From Octopus bimaculoides (taxonomy: Eukaryota), in the NCBI RefSeq assembly GCF_001194135.2, contig NC_069002.1, positions 36,531,692 through 36,585,206 on the forward strand: 53,515 nucleotides of DNA, given 5' to 3'. Numbering within the stretch: position 1 is the first letter of the stretch; every line of letters starts with the position of its first letter. A program made the translations under genes and the position numbers. The notes below the pieces were generated by a model. The model was not told the DNA's origin and did not search any database. It saw only the letters and a list, made by a program, of their open reading frames with translations. Of the stretch, positions 1 to 13,658 are shown in pieces.

Positions 1-214
1 ACCATTTCGAGCGTGGCCGTTTTTGTGCGGGTGACACGTAAAATCACCCACTACACTCTCTGAGTGGTTGGCGTTAGGAAGGGCATCCAGCTGTAGAAAC
101 TCTGCCAAATTAGATTGGAGCCTGGTGTTGCCATCCGGTTTCACCAGTCCTCAGTCAAATCGTCCAACCCATGCTAGCATGGAAAGCGGACGTTAAACGA
201 TGATGATGATGATG

Positions 215-215
<1 letters not shown>
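1..215 (+). mobile_element. 3' part of a SINE with (GAT)n tail
   Basis: GGCGTTAGGAAGGGCATCCAGC...GGACGTTAAACGATGATGATG; truncated by the window edge. Confidence 0.6.
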
Positions 216-240
<25 letters not shown>

Positions 241-249
<9 letters not shown>

Positions 250-700
250 CATGAGAAGAAGGGCAGTATGAATTCACCAGGCTTGGATTTATGGTGGATT
301 CTCGCATATATTTGTACGGATGGTGGGCAGAATCTCCTGGATGTTAAAAGATCACGGAGGGAGAATTGGGTTGGAACTACCTTGGAGGTTCTTCTCCGTG
401 TGAAGCCAGAGCGGTTAGAGAAAGTCCCAGACCTGATTTCCCTCTCAAATGGAGTGGAACTAAAGGTGAACATGGAGGGCAGAAGGCCGAAGTGCTACGA
501 TTTTGGTTCAACGAGCCACTAATGGTTTCACTGCCCACAGAACCAGAACAGAAGGGCAGAAAGAAATGTCCAAAGGAAAGCACCACAAGCCATGATGTGA
601 GAAGAAGAAGAAGAAGAAGAGCAGCAGTAGGCAGGGGAATAGAAACAGAAATTGAAGCCAAGGAGACAAAACAGGCAGATGTTACAATAAAGGTAGCAGT
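241..700 (+). mobile_element. LINE ORF1 (gag-like) remnant with degenerate zinc knuckle; similar remnant at about 32950-33480 (-)
   Basis: VPDLISLSNGVELKVNMEGRRPKCYDFGSTSH*WFHCP resembles CX2CX4HX4C; family assignment tentative. Confidence 0.45.
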
Positions 701-3179
701 GTCTATCTATCTCTCTCTACTTTTATAAACTTGAAATCTTTACTTTAAGACCTAAAACCTATCTATCTATCTTTCTATTTACCCATCTATCTTTATAAAC
801 TTTAAATCTCTATAATCTCTAAAATCTTTAAAACCTTAGAACTTTATATTTCATGACTCGGAAGCCTTCAAGAATTCTCAAGATTCTTTGAGAATTTTTG
901 AGATTTTATGAATTGTTTCAGAAATTTTTTCTTCGAGTATTTTTTGAAGTTTGTGAAGTTTATTAAGCTTCTCTTTAAAAAAAAAAAAAAATCACTTCTT
1001 CATTTTTGCAATTTCTTTACTCTTTCACCTTCTCTTGTCTTGTTCTTTAAGTACTTTTAACTTCTTTTACTTCTCTTAGCTTCCCTTGATCTACTCAGTT
1101 ACCATATTTCATCCTCTTCTTCCTTCACCTTCCTAATCTCTCCTACTAATGACATTACCCTATTATCTTTCTTTCGATATGAAACCAGGACCACGTTACC
1201 TGAGATACACCAACACCTTAATCTGATTTGGAAAACTTCAAGTGGTCGAAAGGAATTAAACAGGGCCCCTTTGGCTTTGTGCTTGCATTAGAAACAATTA
1301 TTATTGATATTATATTTCCGTAAGGTAACTTTATATCAAAGTTATTATAAGTAGAAAGATGTTTGCAGCCTAGTTTATTCATATTTTGCATTTCCTTATT
1401 TTTCTCTAAAATCTTCACACTACTCTTTCAAAACGGTAGAATAAATATATGAAGCGTGTTCCTAAATATTGATAATTAGGATGACCTAAATTATATAATA
1501 CTTTGATGGTCATTGTCAGCTTCGTCTTGTATCTGAGAATTTAAGTTTTTCTTTGCTAAATGCTTCCTTTATGGGTGTCGATGGTCAAAATAGCAAAGGA
1601 AAATTTTGCAAAAAAAACAAACTCTCCCTAGAGTTATCTCCCTTGCAACGTTAGTAATTTAGGGTTTTTTTTATTTTTATAATGTTCGCTTAGGAATTCA
1701 TTACTTCTAGAAAAAAATACGACAAAATGGTCATGGCCGGAACGCCTTTTCTCACAGATCCATTACAATCAGAGCTACCCTATGGTTAAAACAATATTCT
1801 TCACTGAATGATGAAGCAGCTAAAGTTAAAGAAAAGTTGTTTTTTTTTTTTTCTTGAAGATGGAAATTTCATTTTTCTTTTTTGTCAGGAAGATTTGGTT
1901 GCTCTTTCTAGCAACTCGAGCGACCAGGTAAAGGCTCTCTCGTTGCCTCGTCTCGTTCCCTTGTCTCGTTCCCTTCGACACTTGTTGTTTAGTCCCGAGT
2001 TGGATTTGATTGAACAGATATGATCAAAGACGTCCCAACTGTGACCATTCCGTCTTTCTACCCAGACATAATGGACTCTACGTGTATATCACAGGAGAGA
2101 AGTTTTTCTATTCTGTATATTAAAAAAAAGTTTGGCTACTTTTTCTAGCAGGTCATGCAACCACATACAGGCTCCGTCGTTGGTCTGTATCAGGATACAG
2201 CAAACCTATGTTGCTATAAAAATATGTCTGGTTATCAAAGAAGGGTTTTGTTTGGTGGGGGCGGACCCAGAAGTTGTTCGCAAACAGCAACAGTAATTTT
2301 CTTCAGCTGAATACACATCATTGATTGGTTAAAATTACCCAAATACGACAACTTTAACACGAAATAACTTCTAAAATACAAAATTTTGTCAAAAACGTTA
2401 AGAGTAAACCCTGTTCTATGTGACACATTCTACCAGTATCCGCAGTATCAAAGTGTTCAGTTTTTAAAAAAATTAATAAAAAAATCTGTCGGTCAGATTG
2501 AAAAGATCCGGTATGAGCCAAACAAATTACCGCCAAGGGTACCACAATCTGAAGAAGCTGCTCTCAAAATTTCAGATTATTATTCTTTTCACACGTTACA
2601 TTTTTAATATAATTTATATTTAAATAATGATTTCATATTCTAACTGTGATTACTCAATGATTAATTCAATTAAATTAGTTCTAATTAACAACAGTTAATA
2701 TCATTAACAAAAAAAAAATTGGCACAAGGTTTTAAAAAANNNNNNNNNNNNNNNNNNNNNNNNNNNNNNNNNNNNNNNNNNNNNNNNNNNNNNNNNNNNN
2801 NNNNNNNNNNNNNNNNNNNNNNNNNNNNNNNNNNNNNNNNNNNNNNNNNNNNNNNNNNNNNNNNNNNNNNNNNNNNNNNNNNNNNNNNNNNTTTAAAAAA
2901 ATCATTATCTATGCAAGTTTGTAAAATTTCGTTATTTAATTATAAAGATTTAACATGGCCGCAGTCAAATGACTGAAACAAGTAAAAGAATATGACATGC
3001 ACACACACACACACACACACACGTGACTGAATGTATGTAGGATGGAAGGAAGGATGGAAGGATGGAAGGAAGGAAGGAAGGAAGGATGGAAGGAAGGAAG
3101 GAAGGTACGTATGTATGTAAGCATGAATAAATGGTTTTAATTCTCTGAAAAAGTTTCTGCTTAAAGAAGGCTATCTTAC

Positions 3180-3416
3180 CTGAAAGGCCCACAGTCGTGG
3201 GAATGGCTGTTGAAAACGGCCAACATTGGAGGAATGCAACAGATAAGCAACATGAACAGAAGGAGCACATAGTAGAAGTTATTGGAGCGGGATGCTCGGA
3301 ATATTCTTTTTTCCGGAACATTGCAGACAAGAACTGACCAAAATCGAATATAAGCCAGAATGATGAGTTTAACAAGGTTCATTAAGCACAAACCAGGCGA
3401 GAAAAACCATCCTAAC
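3180..3416 (-). CDS. Tmc: TMC exon 16 (LGWFFSPG...RASRSNNFY...CGPF, TM8-TM9)
   Basis: CTTTACAG acceptor, AG|GTAAGA donor, 237 nt phase 2-2. Confidence 0.97.
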
Positions 3417-4216
3417 CTGTAAAGAAAGAAATGTACAAAGAATTTACAGAAAGGAAACCACCAAACTGTAATAGATAGATAATGGATGGGTAAACGGTGG
3501 ATCTTCGGTCGGTCTCGACGAAGAACATTCGGTTTTTCGATCAACTCAGTTCCAAAATGAGAAATTAACAGTTGAATATTTTACTGACACGTGTACCACA
3601 CTGCTCGACTTGTATAAGGTTGTAAGTGCCTGATAACATTCCAAATGCCAGGTACCAAACCTTGGCCTTCGTTTAACTCAGAATTGCATCACCATCAATA
3701 AGACAAGCTGCTTAACACGGGTTTGACTACACATGCTCATCATCTCGAAACCTCTGCAGATAGCGCAGTCTTAACGATATTTGTGCATCGACAGCCGCAT
3801 CATACAGAACCTGCCGTCCAAGATCACCTTACATATAGGTCTCCTTACATATAGGTCTCTTCTATAAAAAGTGAAAGAACAGATGCTCCAATCTAAAACG
3901 AAAACAATGGCAAGATTCGACAGAGTTGATGTATGTGTACATTACTGTGCTCAAATTTCAGCGACAGCTTCTTTGAGCCTCTTTCTAGGTGAGACTGGCC
4001 ACATTGTTTGCAACCTTGTTAGAGTTCCTATCTATCTGGCGTTCCAGACCAAGTTAGAACCTTCCGATTTAACCAGTCCAATTGTACAGCACCCTAAGAC
4101 GCTGTCTGACAGCATAGATCTTTCTTTCCAGGTGTTGAACTGCAAGTCCACTGATTTGTCCGGGTTAGTATTTGCCCTGTCCCTTATTTGTATTCTCTTA
4201 CGCCAGTGGTGCTTTG

Positions 4217-4248
<32 letters not shown>

Positions 4249-7200
4249 CCTTTCTACTATAGGCACAAAGCCTGAAATTTGAGGGGAGGGGACTAGTCGA
4301 TTACATCGATCCCAGTGACGCTAGAAGTCTTTTCTTTTCCAACAGTATAATCTGTTGAGTGTATATGAAAATGATATCAGCAACAACAAAGTTTTCTGTT
4401 ATAGGTGTAAAGCAAGCAATTTTAAGACATTAGGAATTCATTAATACAGTTGACGGATCTTTTTTAAAACGGGGGCCACATTTTTCATTAATGTTTTACG
4501 TAGTGTTTTTGGTACCGAAAGACTTTCAAACTTCGTATACTTATCTATTTTGTGTTATAGAATAGAAAAATATTTTTGTATTCGAATTTATTTCATGTAA
4601 AAAATTGTCTTATTTCGATAATTTCAACCAATCACTGACGTCCATTCAGCCGATATACATTAAGTGCCGACTACATAAACAAACGATTCTTCGTTTTATT
4701 TGTTTTTTTCATTTTAAATTTGCTTTAACCTTAACCCTAGGATTAATTGTTTCAGAATCGGAGGGATTAAATTAAAGCTGACCTCGGTGATATTTGAACT
4801 TAGAAGATAAAGAACCGGAACTAATACCGCGGTACTTTTAAATTATTTATTCTCTAAACAATTGTATTCTATTCACACCAGCTAATGTGTTATTCTTATG
4901 ATGTGAACGATTCTTTTTGGCCAGGAAACCCGAATTTGTATTTTCTTCAATGCATGATTACTAAAATTTAGGTTTTGAGTGCTTCTTGCATTAAATATGT
5001 TGGATTAATTTAATTAACTTACCATATCATACCTTGGTTATTAATCAGGTGCAGAATGTTCTCGGCTGTCTTAAATTCTGGATATTCTGGCTAGAAAGAT
5101 AAAACATTTCATGTTTGCTATTAGTTTGAGTGCAAACGTGCGTTGGTGCTTTCATAAATTTAGCATAAGTCGAAACAGCTATGAGTGGATCATTGACGCC
5201 TTTGATCACCGCCACAGAGGAACATCAAAGAAAAGGTAGAAGAATTCCTTAAAGAAATCTCTTGGCGCCTGTCACTCTGATCACCACTGGTAATCTGTCC
5301 TTGCGTCTGACGTGAAGCCTGGCATTTTACTGTCCTCCAGTTAACAGCCTCCTTTGAAGGCGCCCACGAGACCATCCCTGCAGACAAGAGAAACAGGAGG
5401 GAAAATAAGGACATGACAACCAACCTCGAACTGCTTATCTTCTCATGCAACCTCTGCGGTCGTAGTTGTTTGTTCCGGCTCGGGCTCGTTGGACATCAAG
5501 TTTGCGACAGATGTGGACATTCCCCTCTGTAAATTTTCACTAGCGAAGGCAAGTTTTAAAAAAAACTGACTCATCCAATATATTTTAATTGGTAAAATTA
5601 TCCCCCTAAATATTTTAAAATTTAAACTAAAATAAAGGGTAAGCATTGCTGTAAGTTTATTTAAATCTTCATGTTGAAGAAAAAAGGGCACAAAAAATAC
5701 TTGCAACTCCAGATACAATTATACTGTCCAGTAACTTGGGCATTTTCCTCCTATTATGGCTTCGGGATTGACCAATGTTTTATGAAATTTGATAGAGAGG
5801 AACTGTGAAGAGGTCCGTTGGTTGAACTATACCAGTTCTTAGGTAATAGACTTAACTCGTCGCCTGGTTCAACGCCACCATTCATTTTTTGTTGCCTTTA
5901 CCAAACAAGGTGTCTGTGGATACCGAGATCTTGCCCGCTTACCCGAACACAAGCATGGGTGGGTGTTGTACTATTTTTTCAGACTAAGCTTATAAAAAAA
6001 TGAACGTACATACACACATGCCTAAGGTCCTCATGAAGGAGGGGGGCAGTGGAAGAAGATGAGGAAGAAGAAGAAGAAAGTTTATAAGTGAGGAATAAAA
6101 AAAAGAAACTTACGAAAGTTTTTTCCAAATTCCAACACCAGCACTTGTTACAGAACCTCACCCAAAGTCCTCGCAGGAAATCTTGTATTAATATTAGGAT
6201 AATTGTCATTGCTAAGTCGAGCTCTGTCAGTTTTATAACCTCCTGTGAAAAAAAATAATAAATGAATTAAATATAATCATTGAGATATCCAGCGTTACCA
6301 GAAATTGGTGTTTTTATTTGGAAAAGGAATCGTAGAACCAGATTTGTGATGCACTTGTCTTGTGACTTTAGCAGAAGGCCTGAATCTTTTTATAATATTA
6401 GTTCCAAAGATATCATTTGGAATACACTGTTCTGGACCAGAATGTTTTCAATGAAGTTCTTGGAGTCAGAAGTTTTTGCCTCTTAACAGCATTCTTAAAG
6501 GCTGTGGAGGCGTTGACAAAACTCTCAGATGGAAGAACACATTCAGCTGTCACCCCTTCCCACTGTTTTCACTCCAATGCCGGTCTACAGTTCTGACAAG
6601 GAATCAATGAAGAGAATCTGTCAGATTCATAACTATAAATTGGAGCAAAGGTAACAACTTCCTGACCTAATTGTTTTGAGGTTAATAATGATTTAAAATT
6701 TTGGCTCAAGGCCAGCAATTTTGAAGGAAGGTTAAGTCGATTACATCGACCCAGTATTACAACTGATACTTATTTTATTGACCCCGAAAGGATGAAAGGC
6801 AAAATGGATCTCGGCGGAATTTGAACTTAGGACGTAATGACGGACGAAATGCCGCTAAGCATTTCGTTTTCGGTTAATAATGAAGCTCTTTTGGAACGGA
6901 GAATGTCTTGTATACTTTACTGGAAGATATTCTTTTCTACTCCAGGCACAAAGCCCGAAATTTTGGGGGAGGGGGTCATGTTAATTAGATCGACCCCAGT
7001 ACGCAACTGGTACTTAATTTATCGACCCCGAAAGTGTGAATGACAAAGTCGACCTCGACGGAATTTGAAGTCAGAACGTAAAGACAGACGAAATACCTAT
7101 TTCGTTATTGCCCAAAGGGGCTAAACATAGAAGGAACAAACAAGAACAGACGAACGGATTAAGTCGATTACATCGACCCCAGTGCGTAACTGGTACTTAA

Positions 7201-7761
7201 TTGATCGACCCCGAAAGGATGAAAGGCAAAGTCGACCTCAGCGGAATTTGAACTCAGAACGTAACGGCAGACGAAATACCGCTGAACATTTTGCCCGCCG
7301 TGCTAACATTTCTGTCAGCTCGCTGCCTTACTTTACTGGAAGATATTGTTTCAGTCCAGGCTAAGATTCTTGCTGGCTTCACGCATTTTATGTCCTCCGT
7401 GTTTTGTTGTCACTGTTTTAATGTTTCTTGCTGTTGATAGTTCGCTTCAAACATCCCATTTTCTTTAAGTTTTTGTTTTGTTTTGTTTTTTGTTTGCAAC
7501 GTTTCACGCATTGTTTTCTTCAAGCTGCTTATACCTTTGTTCTTGGTTTCGATTGTTCACCATGTTGATAGGAAGTCTTAAACGCACAGAGAATAAATAA
7601 TTGTAGCAGTGAAACAAATTGATTTATTTTTGTCTAGAAGAAATCGGTTGCAGAGTTGTTAGGGTATAGGCTCCGTCAGGTCTAAAGGTACTTAAGACAC
7701 GCCATATATCACGGCGGTGTCCCTAGGATCCAGTCAAGGAGTTGAGGACCCAAGGTAAAGC

Positions 7762-7816
<55 letters not shown>

Positions 7817-8130
7817 AGTCCGTTTAGATTGAATTCCTTTCGTGAAACTGAAATTTCACGCAATTTCTTGAGTTTTGCATTGAATAGTTTTAAGAAAATG
7901 CTTATACTAATGGAGCAGACTTACATACCGGGTAGATTTTGTTACTGGCAGAAGAAGAGATTTCAATTACAATACATACATATATTTAAGGAGATTTGCT
8001 GTGTAAGGCCAGGACAATGCGAGAAGATACAAAGGAAAAGGGACAAATCTCATTAAAGTTATACCAGACGATGCTTCACCAAAACAACCTCATTTCAATA
8101 TGTATTTGTGTGTGCGTGTGCGTACGTGAG

Positions 8131-8180
<50 letters not shown>

Positions 8181-10489
8181 GACAGACAGACAGACACATA
8201 GATAGATAAGATAGATAGATACTGATTCAGTGAAAGTGAAGGAGAGAAACATGATTGAGTCAATGGAGTAGGTAAGTATAGTATTAGTAAACGGATGTGC
8301 TTGTAAACAAAGCGATTACCCTAAATCTCAAATGTGCGCGACGGGTACATGTGTGTGTGTGTGTTTCAGGATTTTCCATGACTAACCTGGCCAACGTAAT
8401 TTTCCCAACATTTCAAACCTTGTGTGCAATTCTGACTCGATTGAACCGAAGTGTTTCTGGTGGTTGCAGCACCATCTTTGGACGAAGAGGAATTACCAGA
8501 TACCGCCTGGCTCTTTGGTTGGCAGTCAATTGACGTCAGTATCTACGGAAGAATACGAAAAATGTTATAACGATCTGCATCGGCAAGCAGTAAATACAAA
8601 AATAGACCAAAGAGGGCTTGGCTGATTGCTGAATCAGTAAGAAAGAGAATGTCCATGAGCCTCGGAGACTAATGAAAGGATGAGAGAAAGCAAGAGAGAC
8701 AGAGAGGAGGGAGTGAGGGGTGGAAGATGGAAATCCCCTTCAAACCGAAAATCTAGTTCAAATATTTGCAACCCTGTGAATTCCGTTAAACTCATCCAAG
8801 GTGACAGATAGTGGGGCTGCCACCTAGAGATAAATGCTGCAAGACCGACAGATTGTTGGGCGTTTCAATGATTTGGTCAGTCTACGAAAAAATGGAAGAC
8901 ATTGTTGACCTCAATGGGAATTGAACTCTGAAAGCAAGAAACCAGAATCATTTCATGATTTATTGTCCGATGCTCTAATGCTTCTGCCATATCGCCGCCT
9001 TGTTGCTAACGAGATCCCCAGCATACTTTACACAATAACCTACCCTATACAAGGGTGGATTGTTTTGCCTTACAAAAATAAATAAAATAGAAACACCAAA
9101 TAAAAAATGTAATATATTCAAATATATGGTTGGCACTCCGTCGGTTACGACGACGAGGGTTCCAGTTGATCGGATCAGCGGAACAGCCTGCTCGTGAAAT
9201 TAACGTGCAAGTGGCTAAGCACTCCACAGACACGTGTACCTTTAACGTGGTTCTCGGGGAGATTCAGCGTGACACAGAGTATGACAAGGCTGACCCTTTT
9301 GAATTACAGGCACAACAGAAACAGGAAGTAAGAGTGAGAGAAAGATGTGGTGAAAGATTACAGCAGGGTTCGCCACCATCCCCTGCCGGAGTTTTGTGGA
9401 ACTTTAGGTGTTTTCGCTCAATAAACACTCACAACGCCCGGTCTGAGAATCGAAACTGCGATCGTACGACCGCGAGTCCGCTGCCCTAACCACTGGGCCA
9501 TTGCGTCTCCACTTTATTCAAATATAACTTTGGATTATTAATTTAATATTTAGAGATGACATTGCTTTTACATTATTTATAGCCACACTAAGGCGGCATG
9601 CTGGCGGAAACGTTAGCACGCCGGGCGAAATGCTCAGCGGTATTTCGTCATCTTTACGTTCTGAGTTCAAATTCCGCCGAGGTCGACTTTGCCTTTCATC
9701 CTTTCGGGGTCGATAAATTAAGTACCAGTTGCGTACTGGTGTCGATCTAATGGACTGCTCCCATTTCCCAAAATTTTGGCTTTGTGCCTTGAGTAGAAAA
9801 GATTATTTATATCCACACTGTTTAAATGGATTTAGTCTCTGATCATCATTAGGTGTCTTTTCTCTTGGGTACTCGTACGGTGATATCTCAGGGCAAATAC
9901 CACAGTAATCGGCGTTCTAATAATCCATCCACGTTTAGTAGGATATAAAGATTGTCATTCGGTATTGATACTGATTCCGTTGTTAACAGTTATTGCATAT
10001 ATGTGTGTGTGTTTATTTTGTGTTGGGTTTTTTTACCTCTCCGTAAATAGCTCTTTGGCCAAAGAGTCGATTGAATAAATAGCAGGTTTAAAGATAAGTA
10101 CTAGCCCCGATTTGTTCGACTAAGCCTATCAGGGAGGTGCCCCAACATGAATGAAGTTGCTGTCACAACAATTACTTAAGTTAAAGATAAGATATATACA
10201 CTTGAATGAAAATTTATCTTGCTGTATCGGTGGTTAATATTATCTCTGACATGTGCAAGCATTAATTAACAAGACTCCCAACAACTAAAAATCTCTGAGT
10301 ACATCATACTAACCACATACCCCGCCATCTATGCCGTCTTTTTTAGATTCCATCATAGAGGTAATCATAAGGGAATTGATTACGCCTTGGAGCGAACGCG
10401 TAGTGGAGGTTCTTGAAAGAAAGCTTGCTAAATACCAGAAGCTAATGGTGCAATGCAGAAGCCGGCGCTGGTAGGATCACTGCAAGCAA

Positions 10490-10556
<67 letters not shown>

Positions 10557-12001
10557 AATAAAATGAGACAACAAAGCTAAGGCAGTGTGAAATTTCTAGA
10601 ACATTTATGGAGAGAAAAGTAGTCTTTCAGCTGTTTCAAGGATGTGACAGATATCCCTTCATCAGAGACAATATGATAGGGTTAAATAGAGGGAAATTGT
10701 AGAGTTTAATATAAGGAGTTATTTGGGAAAGTACAAAGGGAAAGCTATGGAACATTCTGCAAAGCTTTGATTGGGTTTGAAATTACTGGTATAGCAACGT
10801 GTTGGGAAGCATATAGTCCATCACCGAAAAAAGCTACTTGGTAGCTTTGGATAAGGAGGGTGAGTCTGTGACTTGTTGTTGCTGGTATGTAAGGTAGAAC
10901 TTGACTCGATCAATACCGGCTGATTGGACTAAACGAGACAAATCCGACATTGAAGGAACCTCACAAATCCTTAGATTTTAGGTTTATCGAGATTTGGTTC
11001 GATCCCCGCCCCCTTTCAGAACATTACTGATGAAGCATTTCAGAATATTCGAGAGGTTTGTCTTGAAACTTGGTCTAATGTTTCGACTTGTTGAGATTTT
11101 CCTCGAAAACTTACATTTCCCTCCATATTGTTTTCAAGTTTTGGCACAAGGCCAGCAAGTTGGAGGGAGGGAGAGGTCGATTAGATAAACCCCCAAGTGT
11201 TCAACTGGTACTCATTTTATCGACCCAGAAAAGGATGAAAGGCAAAGTCGGCTTCGGTGAAATTTGAACTCAGAATGTAAAGACAGACAAAATGCCTCGG
11301 CGTGCTAATGATTCTGCCTTCTCACAGCCTTAATATTAATTGCTTTCAGTTATCAACCGCAATACACTTCCCACGAACTCTCCATTGTATATTATGGATC
11401 GTTGAAGAAACTAATTAGGCCGAACGATAGACACAGAAAGAGCTGCTGATTGCATAGAGTCGCTCCACTCCGATAAGAAGCGACAGCTTTGTAGGTCTTC
11501 AACTTCAGTGTTTGCTACTTTTTGCATTACGAAGTTGAAAGCTGTCGAGCGGCGTGACCACATTCATTGAAATCCGGTTTACTGTTTTTGCACGTCATGT
11601 AACAATAGAAAAATAATAATAATAAAGTAAGCAGAAAGTATAATGATAAATGCACTTGAAAAACTAACAAAATAGAAGCTGTAATGTGGGAGATAGAAAG
11701 AACATATATATATATATAAAGAGGAAGGACAAAGCTCGTATATGTTTCTCTGCATCTAACCACACACATACACACATACGCACACTACATACCTCAAACC
11801 ATCAACTTCAGATAGTGATAGTAACGCCGTGTAGACAAACAACAGCGTCTCCTCGTTTGATCACTGCCGATTTTTCCGATAGTGTGTGTGTGTGTGTGTG
11901 AGAGAGAGACGTTAAAAATATCTCTGACAAAATTCTAAATTAAAATTCATTTTTTTTAATATATTGGCGTTTTCAAACTTCTTATATATATACACACACA
12001 A

Positions 12002-12096
<95 letters not shown>

Positions 12097-12262
12097 TATT
12101 TGCAGGTTTACTCGGGCATGTCCAAGCATTAATACAGGAGGCACCTATTTAGATAGACAAAAGTTTGTTTCCATTCACACGACTCACTCATGTAAAGATA
12201 TTCTTACCTGCCTATCTGCTTACACACCTGTACATTTCACGCGTTCTCGATAACCTCTACCG

Positions 12263-12344
<82 letters not shown>

Positions 12345-13595
12345 GCACACATTGTAACATAAGCTGTTATTCTATGAATTCCCATTCATCTTTGATGACT
12401 GTTTCAATGCGGCACCGGAGTCACTGACATGTCTTGCACTTGAACCTTTTGTGTAAAAGTTTTTGCTACGTTTAGAAATTTGGAAAGTTCTAAATCGTTG
12501 TGACTCGCACATTTGATGACGAAGACTGAATTTCTTTTCATCTCTTGTGTTGGCATTTGATCTGTCATGAGCAGAAAGACAAAAAATCTTTTAATTGGTT
12601 TGAAGAGAGTAATATACTGATAATTAAGTTCCCTCGAATACTCTTCGCAAAATGTAGTCGTACATACCTAGCTAAATACTTGAGATCGNNNNNNNNNNNN
12701 NNNNNNNNNNNNNNNNNNNNNNNNNNNNNNNNNNNNNNNNNNNNNNNNNNNNNNNNNNNNNNNNNNNNNNNNNNNNNNNNNNNNNNNNNNNNNNNNNNNN
12801 NNNNNNNNNNNNNNNNNNNNNNNNNNNNNNNNNNNNNNNNNNNNNNNNNNNNNNNNNNNNNNNNNNNNNNNNNNNNNNNNNNNNNNNNNNNNNNNNNNNN
12901 NNNNNNNNNNNNNNNNNNNNNNNNNNNNNNNNNNNNNNNNNNNNNNNNNNNNNNNNNNNNNNNNNNNNNNNNNNNNNNNNNNNNNNNNNNNNNNNNNNNN
13001 NNNNNNNNNNNNNNNNNNNNNNNNNNNNNNNNNNNNNNNNNNNNNNNNNNNNNNNNNNNNNNNNNNNNNNNNNNNNNNNNNNNNNNNNNNNNNNNNNNNN
13101 NNNNNNNNNNNNNNNNNNNNNNNNNNNNNNNNNNNNNNNNNNNNNNNNNNNNNNNNNNNNNNNNNNNNNNNNNNNNNNNNNNNNNNNNNNNNNNNNNNNN
13201 NNNNNNNNNNNNNNNNNNNNNNNNNNNNNNNNNNNNNNNNNNNNNNNNNNNNNNNNNNNNNNNNNNNNNNNNNNNNNNNNNNNNNNNNNNNNNNNNNNNN
13301 NNNNNNNNNNNNNNNNNNNNNNNNNNNNNNNNNNNNNNNNNNNNNNNNNNNNNNNNNNNNNNNNNNNNNNNNNNNNNNNNNNNNNNNNNNNNNNNNNNNN
13401 NNNNNNNNNNNNNNNNNNNNNNNNNNNNNNNNNNNNNNNNNNNNNNNNNNNNNNNNNNNNNNNNNNNNNNNNNNNNNNNNNNNNNNNNNNNNNNNNNNNN
13501 NNNNNNNNNNNCACCAAGGGACATGCTCAACTGGTTAAATTCAAGCAACTGACAAGCAAATCTGTGGTATTGAGCAGAATATTTGCTGTAGCTCA

Positions 13596-13658
<63 letters not shown>

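Noticed and set aside
110-165. CTGAGGA-CTGGT-GAAA on the minus strand of the first SINE
   Set aside because: Stem II too short, no valid A-U closing pair with a UH triplet, and stem I mismatched; not a credible hammerhead.
1486-1532. AG/GT-bounded, phase-compatible 47 nt segment as possible TMC exon 17
   Set aside because: Translation (YKTKLTMTIKVLYNL) has no resemblance to the TMC region after CGPF, and the donor is weak.
12662-12688. DLKYLAR followed by GTATGT looked like the end of the TM4 exon
   Set aside because: The real exon (YHPRTNLRAQLAR) is at 19522-19631 with a much better motif match.
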